Positions 20,346 to 31,637 of a DNA stretch of 64,000 bases are shown here, in pieces. The number at the start of each line of letters is the position of its first letter. The first letter of the stretch is position 1. The position numbers and the translations under genes were made by a program. Below the pieces are notes generated by a model that had not been told where the DNA came from, did not search any database, and worked only from the letters and a program-made list of their open reading frames with translations. The stretch spans positions 27,773-91,772 of the forward strand of contig CAMLMY010000003.1 in the NCBI GenBank assembly GCA_946481345.1. The letters run 5' to 3'. The DNA is from an uncultured Gilliamella sp. (lineage in GTDB: Bacteria > Pseudomonadota > Gammaproteobacteria > Enterobacterales > Orbaceae).

Positions 20346-21425
20346 ATGAAAAGTATTGCTGATTATGTAGCATTAGAACCTGAATATTATCAAAGTATTT
20401 TAGACAATTATCAGACATTGTTTGTTGATACTATTGATTCAAGTAAAGTTAAACAATTTAATTCAATTGTTATCTTTGCTACTGGTTCAAGTTCTAACGC
20501 AGCTTATGGGGCGAGACCTTTAATGAGTAAAATCTTAAAGGTTCCCGTTTATATTGAAGATCCTTCAATCGCTGCTAATTATTTACATTACAGCGATCCT
20601 AATACCCTCTATTTTGCTATTTCACAAGGAGGGGAAAGCTATTCAACGATTCATTTAGTTGAAGAGTTTATCAAGAATAATCAAACTATCTATACACTTA
20701 CCAGTAATCCTGATAGCCCATTATATAAAATTAGCAATAATGTATTATCTATGGGCATTCCTATAGAGCAAATGCCTTATGTCAGTGCTGGTTATAGCGT
20801 TACGATACTTGATTTGATATTAATTGCTTTAGTCATTGCACAAAAAAATGGCAGCATGGATGATCAACAATTTGCCAGTTATTTCGATCAACTTAGAAAA
20901 GTTGCAGGTTTGCTACCTAAAGTTATCGAACAATCCCAAGCTTGGGTAAATCAATATCAACACAAATTTTATCATTCTCAACGAGTCATATTTATTGGCT
21001 ACGGTGCAACCTATGGTATTGCTCGAGAAGGCGAAACAAAATTCACCGAAACTATACGTAATAATGCTTTCGGTAAAGAACTCGAGGAGTATATGCATGG
21101 CCCATATTTAGGTTTACATGAGAATGATAATATCGTTTTTCTTGAGCCGCATGGAGTGTTATCTAACCGTGCTGAATTGTTAAAAGTATTTTTAACTAAA
21201 CATGTTAAAAATATTTCTACGATTTACGCCAATAACAGTAGCAACGTTAAACAAGACGATTTGTGTCTTAATATTGATATAGATGAACTGTACGCATCAT
21301 TATTTATGACAATACCAATTCATCTATTAAGTTACCAAGTTTCACGATTAAAAGGTCATAACCTTGAAAAATCAACCTATCCAGAATTTGATGAAATAAC
21401 TAGCTCAAAAATTAAGAGGATTTAA
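20346..21425 (+). CDS. SIS-domain deglycase, GfrE-like (glucoselysine-6-P deglycase)
   Basis: ATGSSSNAA, AISQGGES, EGETKFTET, ELEEYMHGPYL. Confidence 0.75.
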   Translation: MKSIADYVALEPEYYQSILDNYQTLFVDTIDSSKVKQFNSIVIFATGSSSNAAYGARPLMSKILKVPVYIEDPSIAANYLHYSDPNTLYFAISQGGESYSTIHLVEEFIKNNQTIYTLTSNPDSPLYKISNNVLSMGIPIEQMPYVSAGYSVTILDLILIALVIAQKNGSMDDQQFASYFDQLRKVAGLLPKVIEQSQAWVNQYQHKFYHSQRVIFIGYGATYGIAREGETKFTETIRNNAFGKELEEYMHGPYLGLHENDNIVFLEPHGVLSNRAELLKVFLTKHVKNISTIYANNSSNVKQDDLCLNIDIDELYASLFMTIPIHLLSYQVSRLKGHNLEKSTYPEFDEITSSKIKRI

Positions 21426-21427
21426 AA

Positions 21428-22426
21428 ATGAGAAAATATGACGAAAAGAAAGAATTAGACAGCATGAATGGTGCATTAGCATTAAGACCACAAATTAATG
21501 AATTTATTGATAAAATCCACGCGCGTGGTTATAGCAACGTTTGTTGGTTAGGTATTGGTGGTACTTATGCATCATCAATGCAAGCAGTTGTACATATGAA
21601 AGAAAAAACAGCGATTGAGACTTTTGTGCAACACGCTGCTGAATATTTAGTAACTGGTAACAAACGTATTACTAAAGATACGCTTATCATTATTTCATCT
21701 GTAACTGGCACAACACAAGAAGTGGTTGCTGCTATTGAAAAAATCCAAAAAGAAGTTGGTTCAACTGTATTTGCTTTCATGGATAAAGCCGATACTCCAT
21801 TAGGAAATATGGCTGATCATGTAGTTGTTTATCCAATGAATGAACAATTAAAATTCTTTATGACTGCTGATCGTTTAATGTTTTTAGCTGGAGAATTCCC
21901 TGATTATGACGAGTTCTACCAACAAATGGATCAACATTTTGCTAAAAATATTGTTGCCGTTGCGAAAAAAGCCGATAAATTTGGTCAAGAAGTTGCTGAA
22001 AAACATCATAATGATCCAATGCACTATTTTGTTGGCGCAGGTAATCAATGGGGGGCAACTTATTCTCATGCTATGTGTTATTGGGAAGAACAACATTGGT
22101 TACGTTCAAAATCAATTGAGTCAGCGGAATTTTTCCATGGTACATTAGAAGTTATTGATCGTGATACTGCGGTAACCGTTTATGTTGGTGAAGATACTCA
22201 ACGCCCATTAAGTGAAAGAGTCGCTAAGTTCTTACCGCAAATTTGTGGTAATTATACTATTATTGATACCAAAGATTATGAATTACCGGGTATATCAGAA
22301 AAATATCGTGGAAATCTTTCACCATTTGTTTTCCGTGCTATTAATAATCGTATCGATGCTTATGTTGAACATTTAAATCGTCATCCAATGTCAATCCGTC
22401 GTTACTATCGTTGTTTAGATTACTAA
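21428..22426 (+). CDS. SIS-domain deglycase, GfrF/FrlB-like (fructosamine-6-P deglycase)
   Basis: GIGGT, MCYWEEQHW, SAEFFHGTLE, C-terminal IRRYYRCLDY. Confidence 0.8.
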   Translation: MRKYDEKKELDSMNGALALRPQINEFIDKIHARGYSNVCWLGIGGTYASSMQAVVHMKEKTAIETFVQHAAEYLVTGNKRITKDTLIIISSVTGTTQEVVAAIEKIQKEVGSTVFAFMDKADTPLGNMADHVVVYPMNEQLKFFMTADRLMFLAGEFPDYDEFYQQMDQHFAKNIVAVAKKADKFGQEVAEKHHNDPMHYFVGAGNQWGATYSHAMCYWEEQHWLRSKSIESAEFFHGTLEVIDRDTAVTVYVGEDTQRPLSERVAKFLPQICGNYTIIDTKDYELPGISEKYRGNLSPFVFRAINNRIDAYVEHLNRHPMSIRRYYRCLDY

Positions 22427-22443
22427 AATAGGAACTTAAATCG

Positions 22444-22875
22444 ATGATTTCTGTATTAGTCAGTACACATGGTTCAACAGCGAAAGGTTTAATTGAAACA
22501 ACTGAAATGATTTGTGGTAAACAATCTCAGTGTGAAGCTGTTTCGTTTGCAATGGGACAATCAACAGATGATTTTCAACAACAACTGCAACAAAAGCTAG
22601 AAGAGTTACAAGGTTTTGGCTCAGAAATTGTATGTTTTGTTGATTTAAAAGGTGGAACACCATTTAATACTTTAGTTAGATTGATGGCTGATTTTCCTAA
22701 TATAGAAATAGTCACTGGTGTAAATGTCCCCATGTTGTTAGAAACTTTTATGCAACGTGATGAAGTAAATCTACCAACATTGTTACCCGATATTATACAA
22801 GCCGGAACTCAAGGTATTGAGCGGTATAATATGGCCTCAATGAGTGTAGATGAATCAAGTGATGAAGATTTCTAA
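22444..22875 (+). CDS. Mannose-family PTS EIIA
   Basis: VSTHG, DLKGGTPFN, TGVNVPMLLE. Confidence 0.93.
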   Translation: MISVLVSTHGSTAKGLIETTEMICGKQSQCEAVSFAMGQSTDDFQQQLQQKLEELQGFGSEIVCFVDLKGGTPFNTLVRLMADFPNIEIVTGVNVPMLLETFMQRDEVNLPTLLPDIIQAGTQGIERYNMASMSVDESSDEDF

Positions 22876-22899
22876 AATCGACAACTCGCCAAACTTAAA

Positions 22900-22926
22900 T
22901 AAGCCCGAATTATCGGGCTTTTTTTA
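22900..22926 (+). terminator. Terminator of the PTS/deglycase operon
   Basis: AAGCCCGA-atta-TCGGGCTTTTTTT. Confidence 0.88.
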
Positions 22927-23090
22927 TCAAAATAAATTATTTAAATAGCAATAATAATCTATAAGTATTGGTAAATTGTGAGTCAATACGAATAAATAAT
23001 AATAACCGTTTGATATATCATGATATAAATGATAGAAATAGGTGATTATTTAAGCTTCATTTTTTATAAATATGATAAAGGGAAACGGTA

Positions 23091-25157
23091 ATGTTCTTAT
23101 TCAAAAAATATTTTTATATCATTATCATCTTTTTATCATTAATGAATTGCATTAGTTGTGTATCTAAAAACTCTTATTCATCAGTCGACAACTATGGTTG
23201 GATGGAAACCGATCAAGCACGAACCAATGAATGGTTATTAACAAAGTCACATGAAACCCAAAAAATACTTAATGCTCTGCCTTGGAAAGCTTCTGTAGTA
23301 AAACGATTTAATACCTTAACAGCCTATGATTCCCAACCAGTCATATGGAATATTCAATATGTTGGCGATAATTGCTTTTACCTAAAAGAAACGGAGAACC
23401 ATCCTTATAACCGTTTGTTTGTTAAAGACCATCTGGGCAAAGAAAAATTATTAGTCGATCCGCCAGTAGGATATGGTATATATACTTTCTACCCATCAAA
23501 TGATGGTAAGTATGTTGCTTATGCTATTTCTGAAAATGGCTCTGAAATTTCAGCTATCAATGTGATTAATGTAAAAACTAGAGCACACCTACCCGATAGC
23601 ATATCCGGCATTACTGTGCCAAATTTAGTATGGACGGAGGATAATTCATCTTTTTTCTATCATCGTAATGATCTTGCTGATTCTGATAATCGAAAGTCAG
23701 GAACGGAAGAACTTTATCTTCATCGTTTAGGCACCGATATTGAAAAGGATTTGGCTATTTTTGGCAAAGCCAATATTGTGAATTATCAACCTAATACTGA
23801 CCAATATACCTACTTATCTCTATCTGCCAATTGGGCAGTTGCTTCAGTGAAATCTTCAATATCCGGTGATACCATAGATTTATATTTAACCGACTATACT
23901 TCTCTTTATCTGGAAAACAAACATTGGCAAAAGATCATCGATAGAAAACAAAATGTAACGGATTTTTTGGTACGTGATAATTGGCTTTACTTGGCTAAAT
24001 ATAACAACTTTTCAGGTTATACCATTTCTCGATTAAACCTTGATAATATCCATTCGCGAGAAGAAAAAATAATAGAATGGAAAAAAGGTGAATTGACGGA
24101 GTTTACAGCAAGCAAAGATGCTATTTATCTTGCTTATTATGAGTCTGGGACACCTAAATTTGTTACTATTCCTTTCGCCGATATACATACTATCAAATCC
24201 ATTCCGATTACTAATGGTAATGAGGTAACGGCTATTTTTTCTAGTTCAGATCACAAAGAGATTTTATTTACCCAACAAAATTGGAATATACCACCAAAAA
24301 TATGGCAATATGATCCTGATAGTCAGTTAATTGAAGATTCTAAAATAATAAAGACTGATGCATCACTATTTGCAGATTATGAATCAGAACAAAAATGGGT
24401 TAAATCCAATGATGGTGAGCTTATTCCACTTACACTTATCCATCGAAAAGGAGTTAAACTTGATGGAAGTAATCCAACTTGGCTATTTGCTTATGGAGCC
24501 TATGGTCAAAGTGAATATCCTTACTATTATGATACTACTCGTTTAATTTGGCTTGAAAAAGGAGGTATCATTGCTATCGCTCATGTTCGAGGTGGTGGTG
24601 AGTTAGGACCTAAATGGCATTATGATGGAAAGGGTAAAAATAAAATTAATTCCGTCAATGATTTTATCAAATGTGCAAAATACCTTATCGATCATCGTTA
24701 CACCAATTCATCCAAGTTAGTTATTAGTGGTGTAAGTGCTGGTGGTATTGTAATTGGTTCAGCATTAGCAAGACATCCAGAGCTTTTTGCCGCCGCTGCA
24801 ATCACTTCAGGTATGTTGAATATGAGTCGCCTAGATCAAATTCCAATTGGTAATGCCAATTTTGCGGAATTTGGTTCGCCTTTCAATAAACAGGAATTTA
24901 AAAATCTACAAACTATCGATGCTTATCTTAATCTACGTGAAGGTATTAACTACCCACCTGTGATGCTTTCAGTTGGATTACAAGATTTGCGAGTATCTCC
25001 TTGGCAGAGTGCCAAATTTGCAGCTCGACTCGGTGAGATAAATAGTTCTCAAAATGAAAACGTCTTTATTGTAGCTAACCAAGAAGATGGCCATTTTATT
25101 AATAATTTTGTCAATATGGTGGTGTTTTTTATGTGGAAAACGAATATTACTGACTAG
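23091..25157 (+). CDS. Prolyl oligopeptidase family (S9A) serine peptidase, probably exported or a lipoprotein
   Basis: Hydrophobic leader with Cys; AYGAYG, HVRGGGELG, nucleophile GVSAGG, DLRV, DGH. Confidence 0.88.
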   Translation: MFLFKKYFYIIIIFLSLMNCISCVSKNSYSSVDNYGWMETDQARTNEWLLTKSHETQKILNALPWKASVVKRFNTLTAYDSQPVIWNIQYVGDNCFYLKETENHPYNRLFVKDHLGKEKLLVDPPVGYGIYTFYPSNDGKYVAYAISENGSEISAINVINVKTRAHLPDSISGITVPNLVWTEDNSSFFYHRNDLADSDNRKSGTEELYLHRLGTDIEKDLAIFGKANIVNYQPNTDQYTYLSLSANWAVASVKSSISGDTIDLYLTDYTSLYLENKHWQKIIDRKQNVTDFLVRDNWLYLAKYNNFSGYTISRLNLDNIHSREEKIIEWKKGELTEFTASKDAIYLAYYESGTPKFVTIPFADIHTIKSIPITNGNEVTAIFSSSDHKEILFTQQNWNIPPKIWQYDPDSQLIEDSKIIKTDASLFADYESEQKWVKSNDGELIPLTLIHRKGVKLDGSNPTWLFAYGAYGQSEYPYYYDTTRLIWLEKGGIIAIAHVRGGGELGPKWHYDGKGKNKINSVNDFIKCAKYLIDHRYTNSSKLVISGVSAGGIVIGSALARHPELFAAAAITSGMLNMSRLDQIPIGNANFAEFGSPFNKQEFKNLQTIDAYLNLREGINYPPVMLSVGLQDLRVSPWQSAKFAARLGEINSSQNENVFIVANQEDGHFINNFVNMVVFFMWKTNITD

Positions 25158-25335
25158 TTTATGAAGTGCTAGTTTTAGCATAATATTCAGTTTTGCCTAT
25201 AAAATTATATATAACACCACGTTATTATCTGCTTGACTAGAAAAATAATTCTTATCTGACTTGTTTTATGGTGATTTTTTGCTTTAATAGTAAATGAATA
25301 TTTCTTTATATAACATCTACTTTTGGAAATAAACT

Positions 25336-26439
25336 ATGAAAAATGTTGGTTTTGTCGGTTGGCGAGGAATGGTGGGCTCTGTTCTTATGCAACGTATGGT
25401 TGAAGAGCATGATTTTGATTATATCAATCCTGTTTTCTTTTCTACTTCTCAAGCTGGTCAAGCAGCTCCTTCTTTTGGCGGAAAAACAGGAATATTACAA
25501 AGTGCCGATGATATTGATGCTTTAAAAGCATTAGATATTATTGTCACCTGCCAAGGTGGTGATTATACTTCTGAAATTTATGCAAAATTGCGTGCAACCG
25601 GTTGGCAAGGCTACTGGATTGATGCTGCGTCAACTTTACGTATGGAAGATGATGCAATTATTGTTCTTGATCCAGTGAATAAAGCTAACATTCAATCAGC
25701 CTTAGATAGAGGCATTAAAACTTTTGTTGGTGGTAACTGTACAGTAAGTTTAATGTTGATGTCACTTGGTGGATTATTTGCTGAAAACTTAATCGATTGG
25801 GTTTCTGTTTCAACTTATCAAGCGGCTTCTGGTGGTGGTGCACGTCATATGCGTGAATTACTGATCCAAATGGGAATGTTAAACGCTGAAGTTGCTAAAG
25901 AACTACAAGATCCTAACTCTTCTATTTTAGATATTGAACGCAAAGTGACGCAAAAAATGCGTGATGGTAGTTTACCGACTGATAATTTTGGCGTGCCTTT
26001 AGCGGGTAGCTTAATCCCATGGATTGATAAAGCTCTTGATAACGGCCAAAGTCGTGAAGAGTGGAAAGGCCAAGCGGAAACCAATAAAATTCTAGGAACG
26101 AGTCAGATTATTCCAGTCGATGGACTTTGTGTACGAGTTGGGGCATTACGTTGCCATAGTCAATCATTCACGATTAAATTGAAGAAAGATATCAGCATTC
26201 CTGAGATTGAAAAACTACTTGCTGCTCATAATGATTGGGTTAAAGTTGTACCAAATGATCGTGAACTTTCTATGCGAGAACTTACTCCAGCTGCGGTTAC
26301 AGGTACCTTAAGTACACCAGTTGGACGTTTACGTAAATTGAATATGGGTAAAGAGTATCTATCAGCCTTTACGGTTGGCGATCAGTTATTATGGGGTGCT
26401 GCTGAACCATTACGAAGAATGCTACGCATCTTAGCTTAA
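25336..26439 (+). CDS. asd: Aspartate-semialdehyde dehydrogenase
   Basis: [35 protein letters not shown]. Confidence 0.98.
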   Translation: MKNVGFVGWRGMVGSVLMQRMVEEHDFDYINPVFFSTSQAGQAAPSFGGKTGILQSADDIDALKALDIIVTCQGGDYTSEIYAKLRATGWQGYWIDAASTLRMEDDAIIVLDPVNKANIQSALDRGIKTFVGGNCTVSLMLMSLGGLFAENLIDWVSVSTYQAASGGGARHMRELLIQMGMLNAEVAKELQDPNSSILDIERKVTQKMRDGSLPTDNFGVPLAGSLIPWIDKALDNGQSREEWKGQAETNKILGTSQIIPVDGLCVRVGALRCHSQSFTIKLKKDISIPEIEKLLAAHNDWVKVVPNDRELSMRELTPAAVTGTLSTPVGRLRKLNMGKEYLSAFTVGDQLLWGAAEPLRRMLRILA

Positions 26440-26448
26440 TGATGAATA

Positions 26449-26479
26449 AAAAAAGCCCTGTTTATGGGCTTTTATTTTT
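26449..26479. terminator. Bidirectional terminator between asd and nagC
   Basis: AAAAAGCCC-tgtttat-GGGCTTTTATTTT. Confidence 0.75.
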
Positions 26480-26495
26480 ATTGTAAAGCAATTTA

Positions 26496-27719
26496 TTAGA
26501 TTGTTTCTAACAAGGTCATTAACAGTGAACCGTTAAATAACGCTTGTTGTACTAAGGCAAATGCACCAATTGCTGAACGGTCATTAAGTGTTGAACAATT
26601 GATAGTTAGATTGTTTCTTAACTCTTCTAAACTTTGAGCATTTAACGCACTAGTTACTGCATTTAATAATACATCGGGTGATTTTGTTAATTCGCCAGCT
26701 AATACAATTCGTTGTGGGTTAAAAATATTCACCATTATCGCGACAGCTCTACCCAGATTTTCACCGGCATCTTTAACTAACTTAAGCGCTAACTCATCTC
26801 CTTGATTGGCATATTTGCAAATATTGCTGATATTTATGTTATCTAAACTTAATTTAGTTGGATAACCTTGTTCTATCATCTGTTTTGCTCGTGCTTCAAT
26901 GGCCTTGTGAACTACTCGATTTTCTAAACAGCCAAAATTTCCACAATGACAACGTTCACCTAATGCATCAATTTGGATGTGCCCAACTTCACAAGCGGTT
27001 TGGTTATGGTTAGTGAGTAATTGTTGATTAATGATAACCCCTGAACCAACACCACGATGTACACGAATTAAAATTGAATCATCGACATCTTGAGTTGAAC
27101 CGAAATAACTCTCAGCTAATGCCAAACTTTGAATATCATTACCAATAAAAATCGAAACATTAAATTGATCACGTAATACATCCGCTAAAGGCCATGCCTT
27201 AACTTGAATATGTGGGGTATAACGAATGATCCCTCGCACTGAATCAATTAAACCGGGTAAAACCACTGAGATCGCAACAAGATGTTTAACTTTTTTATTA
27301 TTTTTTTCGATGAACTGTTTAATTAGTGCAATTAAATATTCTTGTGCTAACTGTTGCGTAAAAGTAGTAAGTGGATAAACTTCAAATGCTAGACTATTGG
27401 CACCTAAATCATAAAGTTCAATCGTGACATGCGAACGGCTCAATTGTATGGCAATTGTCTGATAGTAACCAAATTTTGCTTGTATTGAAACCGCAGGTCG
27501 TCCCCCCGTTGATTGTTGGGCATCAACTTCTTTGATCATATTCTTTTTGAGGAGTTGGCGAGTTATTTTGGTGATACTAGCGGGTGCTAATTGACTAATT
27601 TCGGCGAGTTGAATACGTGAAATGGGCGCTTGCTGAACAATCAAACGATAAATCATTGCATAATTTAATTGCTTGATTAGTTCAGCATTGCCGACTAGGT
27701 GTAGATAATTAAAGGTCAT
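26496..27719 (-). CDS. nagC: ROK-family repressor NagC
   Basis: ISRIQLAEISQLAPASITKITRQL HTH; EVGH...CHCGNFGCLE; lies in nagBAC. Confidence 0.95.
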   Translation of the reverse strand: MTFNYLHLVGNAELIKQLNYAMIYRLIVQQAPISRIQLAEISQLAPASITKITRQLLKKNMIKEVDAQQSTGGRPAVSIQAKFGYYQTIAIQLSRSHVTIELYDLGANSLAFEVYPLTTFTQQLAQEYLIALIKQFIEKNNKKVKHLVAISVVLPGLIDSVRGIIRYTPHIQVKAWPLADVLRDQFNVSIFIGNDIQSLALAESYFGSTQDVDDSILIRVHRGVGSGVIINQQLLTNHNQTACEVGHIQIDALGERCHCGNFGCLENRVVHKAIEARAKQMIEQGYPTKLSLDNINISNICKYANQGDELALKLVKDAGENLGRAVAIMVNIFNPQRIVLAGELTKSPDVLLNAVTSALNAQSLEELRNNLTINCSTLNDRSAIGAFALVQQALFNGSLLMTLLETI

Positions 27720-27755
27720 ATTTTATCTCAATATTTTCATTAACTATCCGACATT

Positions 27756-28898
27756 CTAACGGCTCATCTCTCCATTAACAATAGTTTTCACATTTGAAAA
27801 GTCACGATTAAAAATAACTAAGTTGGCAATTTTGCTTTCACTAATTGTACCAAGTTGTTTATCAACACCAATCGCTTTGGCTGGGTAAAGTGTTGCCATT
27901 CTTAATGCTTCATCTAAAGCAATACCAACATACTCTACTGCATTTTTTACTGCTTCAATCATGGTTAATGCTGATCCACCTAATGTGCCATTTTCATCAA
28001 CACAACGGCCATCTTTATAATAGATAGTTTTATCAGCAAATACACCAGAAGTTAAATTAGAGCCAGCTAATAACATCGCATCAGTAATCAAAATTAAATG
28101 ATCTTGTTTAATTTTGTGGCTATTACGAATGTTCGCCCAACTTACATGCTGGCCATCAGCAATGATACCGACATACACTTCTGGTTCATCATAAATTGCG
28201 CCAACAACACCTGGTTCGCGACCAGTAATATAAGGCATAGCATTAAATAGATGCGTACCTAGGCGGATACCAGCATTGAAACCACGACGGCAATCATCAT
28301 AGTGGCCGTTAGAATGTCCAACTGAAACATGAATTCCGGCATCACATAGTTGTTTAATATGTTTGGCATCAACTTTTTCTGGAGCTAGGGTAATGATTTT
28401 GATTACATCGGCGTTTGCACAAAGAAAGTCGATCATCTCCTGTGAAGGTTGACGAATGTAATTTATATTATGAATACCTTTCTTCTCAGGATTAATATAA
28501 GGCCCTTCAAGATGTAAACCTAATGCTTGGTTAGGGTGCTTAGCTAAATATTCACGCATCACGTTTACTGCTTTGATCATAAACTCATCAGTTGAAGTGA
28601 TTAAGGTTGGTAAATAGCTAGTACAACCATACACGAGGTTAGTTGCCTGCATAGCTTCTAAGGTTTCAATACTTAGTGCATCAAGAGTTTCATTAAATTG
28701 CACACCACCACAGCCATTGACTTGAATATCAATCAAGCCTGGTGCAACATTTGCACCTTGTAAATCTTTAATGGTGATATCAGCTGGTAATTGTTCTTGT
28801 TTACAAATTTTTGCAATTTTATCACCGTCAATAATAACAGCGTGATTATCAAGAATTTCATAACCAGTGTAAATACGACAATTGGTTAATGCGTACAT
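27756..28898 (-). CDS. nagA: N-acetylglucosamine-6-phosphate deacetylase
   Basis: [25 protein letters not shown]. Confidence 0.97.
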   Translation of the reverse strand: MYALTNCRIYTGYEILDNHAVIIDGDKIAKICKQEQLPADITIKDLQGANVAPGLIDIQVNGCGGVQFNETLDALSIETLEAMQATNLVYGCTSYLPTLITSTDEFMIKAVNVMREYLAKHPNQALGLHLEGPYINPEKKGIHNINYIRQPSQEMIDFLCANADVIKIITLAPEKVDAKHIKQLCDAGIHVSVGHSNGHYDDCRRGFNAGIRLGTHLFNAMPYITGREPGVVGAIYDEPEVYVGIIADGQHVSWANIRNSHKIKQDHLILITDAMLLAGSNLTSGVFADKTIYYKDGRCVDENGTLGGSALTMIEAVKNAVEYVGIALDEALRMATLYPAKAIGVDKQLGTISESKIANLVIFNRDFSNVKTIVNGEMSR

Positions 28899-28909
28899 TG
28901 AGTTATCCT

Positions 28910-29716
28910 TTATAAAATGGTTACTTGAAGATTATCTGCTTCCATTTGTTTAAAATATTTTAATGTTTTTACCTTTAGATCATCAGTGCTTGTCTCATCA
29001 CAAACAATAATTGATTTTGGATGCATTTGTAATGCGGAAACAGTCCATAAATGGTTAACACTTCCTTCTACCGCTGCTTGTAATGCTAAACTTTTGTTGT
29101 GTCCACAAACTAATAAAATTACCTCTTCGGCATCCATTAATGTTGCAACGCCAATGGTTAATGCATGTTTTGGCACTTGTTTGATATCATTATCAAAAAA
29201 GCGTGAGTTGGCAATAATGGTATCTTCAGTTAAGGTTTTGATACGAGTTCGTGAACAAAGTGAAGAACCTGGCTCATTAAATGCAATATGTCCATCTTGG
29301 CCTACGCCACCAAGGAAAATATTGATTTTGCCGTAGGATTTGATTTTTTCTTCATATTCTTGACATTCTTTTTCGATATCAGCTGCATTACCATTTAATA
29401 TATGGATGTTGTTTTTATCAATATCAATATGGTTGAAGAAATTTTCATACATAAAAGTGTGATAACTTTGTGGATGATCTTCTGGAATACCGACATACTC
29501 GTCCATATTAAATGTTACGACATGTTTAAAACTTACTTTACCCGCTTGGTACTGTTTAATTAGTTGTTGATACATTACTAATGGTGAACTTCCCGTTGGT
29601 AAACCTAATAAAAAAGGACGATCTGCAGTTGGATTAAATTGATTAATTTTGTTTACGATGCGCTGAGCAACCCACGCGCCAACTTCTTGCGCATTTTTTA
29701 AAGGAATAAGTCTCAT
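28910..29716 (-). CDS. nagB: Glucosamine-6-phosphate deaminase
   Basis: [27 protein letters not shown]. Confidence 0.98.
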   Translation of the reverse strand: MRLIPLKNAQEVGAWVAQRIVNKINQFNPTADRPFLLGLPTGSSPLVMYQQLIKQYQAGKVSFKHVVTFNMDEYVGIPEDHPQSYHTFMYENFFNHIDIDKNNIHILNGNAADIEKECQEYEEKIKSYGKINIFLGGVGQDGHIAFNEPGSSLCSRTRIKTLTEDTIIANSRFFDNDIKQVPKHALTIGVATLMDAEEVILLVCGHNKSLALQAAVEGSVNHLWTVSALQMHPKSIIVCDETSTDDLKVKTLKYFKQMEADNLQVTIL

Positions 29717-29750
29717 AAAATATAATCTCTTCTGATATAATTGAATAAAT

Positions 29751-29867
29751 CTTTTTTTTTAAAGTAAAAAATGTTGTAGTTATTTTACTATATTAAACTA
29801 ATTAAGCAAAAAAAAAGCGTGATATAAATCACAAAAGACAAACATTTAATTTGCGAAGTAAAATAAT
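29751..29867. promoter_or_regulatory. Two NagC operators flanking a CRP site in the nagB/nagE divergent region
   Basis: CTTTTTTTTTAAAGTAAAAAATG (29751-29773); CGTGA-N6-TCACA (29818-29833); TTTAATTTGCGAAGTAAAATAAT (29845-29867); operator centres 94 bp apart. Confidence 0.7.
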
Positions 29868-29962
29868 ATAATGTCAAATGTATTTGACTTACTTCTTTTA
29901 CTTAATGATGTGAGATTTTATTATTTTTAAGTAACTCCCGAATGATAATATGAGGCAAAACT

Positions 29963-31468
29963 ATGGGAATTTTAGCTTATTTACAACGAATTGGGCGCTC
30001 GCTAATGGTGCCTGTGGCAGTATTACCTGCTGCTGCAATACTTTTAGGTATTGGTTATTGGATTGATCCAAATGGTTGGGGAACCAACAATATTGCTGCG
30101 GCATTTTTGATTAAATCCGGCGGTGCTATCATCGATAATATGCCAATCCTTTTCGCAATTGGTGTTGCGTATGGTATGTCTAAAGATAAAGATGGTGCAG
30201 CAGCATTATCTGGATTGGTAGGCTTTTTAATCATTACTACACTATTATCACCAAATACTATTGCTCTATTTGAAGGGGTTGATACCAGTGTGGACGGTTG
30301 GAATGCACAAATATCACCAGCTTTTAGTAAGATAAATAACCAATTTATCGGTATTTTAGTTGGAATTATTTCTGCTGAACTATATAACCGCTTTAGTTCT
30401 GTTGAACTACATAAAACCTTAGCTTTTTTCAGTGGTAAACGTCTAGTTCCTATCATTGTTTCTATTGTTATGTTACTTGTTTCAGTAGTGCTATATTTTA
30501 TTTGGCCTATGGTATTTAGCGCATTAGTTTCTTTTGGTGAATGGATTAAAAATTTAGGTTCAATAGGTGCAGGTATTTATGGTTTCTTTAACCGGTTATT
30601 AATTCCTGTTGGTCTACACCACGCTTTAAACTCAGTATTTTGGTTTGACGTTGCTGGTGTTAATGATATTCCTAACTTCTTAGGCGGACAAGGTTCTATT
30701 GATTCTGGTAAAGCGATTGCAGGTATAACTGGTCGTTATCAAGCAGGTTTCTTCCCTATTATGATGTTTGGTTTACCTGGTGCGGCATTGGCAATTTATC
30801 ATACTGCTAAAAAAGGTAATAAAGATAAAACAGCTTCAATCATGTTAGCGGCGTCTTTTGCGGCTTTCTTTACTGGTATTACTGAACCATTAGAGTTTGC
30901 GTTTATGTTTGTTGCGCCTGTGTTATATGTAATTCATGCTGTTTTAACGGGTATCTCACTATTTATTGCTGCAACAATGCAATGGATATCTGGATTTGCA
31001 TTCAGTGCAGGTCTAATCGATATGTTGTTACAATCTCGTAATCCATTAGCAGTACATTGGTATATGTTAATTCTACAAGGTATCGTATTCTTCTTTGTTT
31101 ACTATATCGTATTCCGCTTTGTAATTGTGAAATTCAATCTTAAAACGCCAGGTCGTGAAGATGATATTGCTAATGCAACTGTAGTTACTGAAGAAACATT
31201 AGCACAAGAAAATGCACCAGCTGGTGTTGATTTATCTAAACTTGCTGAACAATATTTAGTAGTTATTGGTGGTAAAGATAACTTAACTAATATTGATTCA
31301 TGTATTACTCGTTTACGTTTGAATGTTCATGATACCGATCTAATTGATGAACAAGCAGCTAAAGCGCTAGGTGCAATGGCAGTTATAAAATTAGGTAAAA
31401 CAGGCGTGCAAATCGTGGTTGGTCAACAAGCTGAAAAGATTGCAGATCAAATGAAAAAACTTGTTTAA
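29963..31468 (+). CDS. nagE: PTS N-acetylglucosamine transporter EIICB (no fused EIIA)
   Basis: YLQRIGRSLMVPVAVLPAA, TGITEPLEF, EIIB DSCITRLR; 501 aa. Confidence 0.95.
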   Translation: MGILAYLQRIGRSLMVPVAVLPAAAILLGIGYWIDPNGWGTNNIAAAFLIKSGGAIIDNMPILFAIGVAYGMSKDKDGAAALSGLVGFLIITTLLSPNTIALFEGVDTSVDGWNAQISPAFSKINNQFIGILVGIISAELYNRFSSVELHKTLAFFSGKRLVPIIVSIVMLLVSVVLYFIWPMVFSALVSFGEWIKNLGSIGAGIYGFFNRLLIPVGLHHALNSVFWFDVAGVNDIPNFLGGQGSIDSGKAIAGITGRYQAGFFPIMMFGLPGAALAIYHTAKKGNKDKTASIMLAASFAAFFTGITEPLEFAFMFVAPVLYVIHAVLTGISLFIAATMQWISGFAFSAGLIDMLLQSRNPLAVHWYMLILQGIVFFFVYYIVFRFVIVKFNLKTPGREDDIANATVVTEETLAQENAPAGVDLSKLAEQYLVVIGGKDNLTNIDSCITRLRLNVHDTDLIDEQAAKALGAMAVIKLGKTGVQIVVGQQAEKIADQMKKLV

Positions 31469-31500
31469 TCGAAATTTTATCTAGCAAGGTTTAGTAAAAT

Positions 31501-31544
31501 TATCCCCGTGGCTTAATCTAATGATAAAAGTCATGGGGATTTTT
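31501..31544 (+). terminator. Terminator after nagE
   Basis: ATCCCCGTGGCTT...AAGTCATGGGGATTTTT. Confidence 0.65.
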
Positions 31545-31637
31545 ATATCGTTTTAAAAGTGATTAATCTATTTTCTGGTCACTAAATTATCGATAAGATT
31601 ATATAAAAATTTTGAGGAGAGGGGTTTTTAGCAGGTT

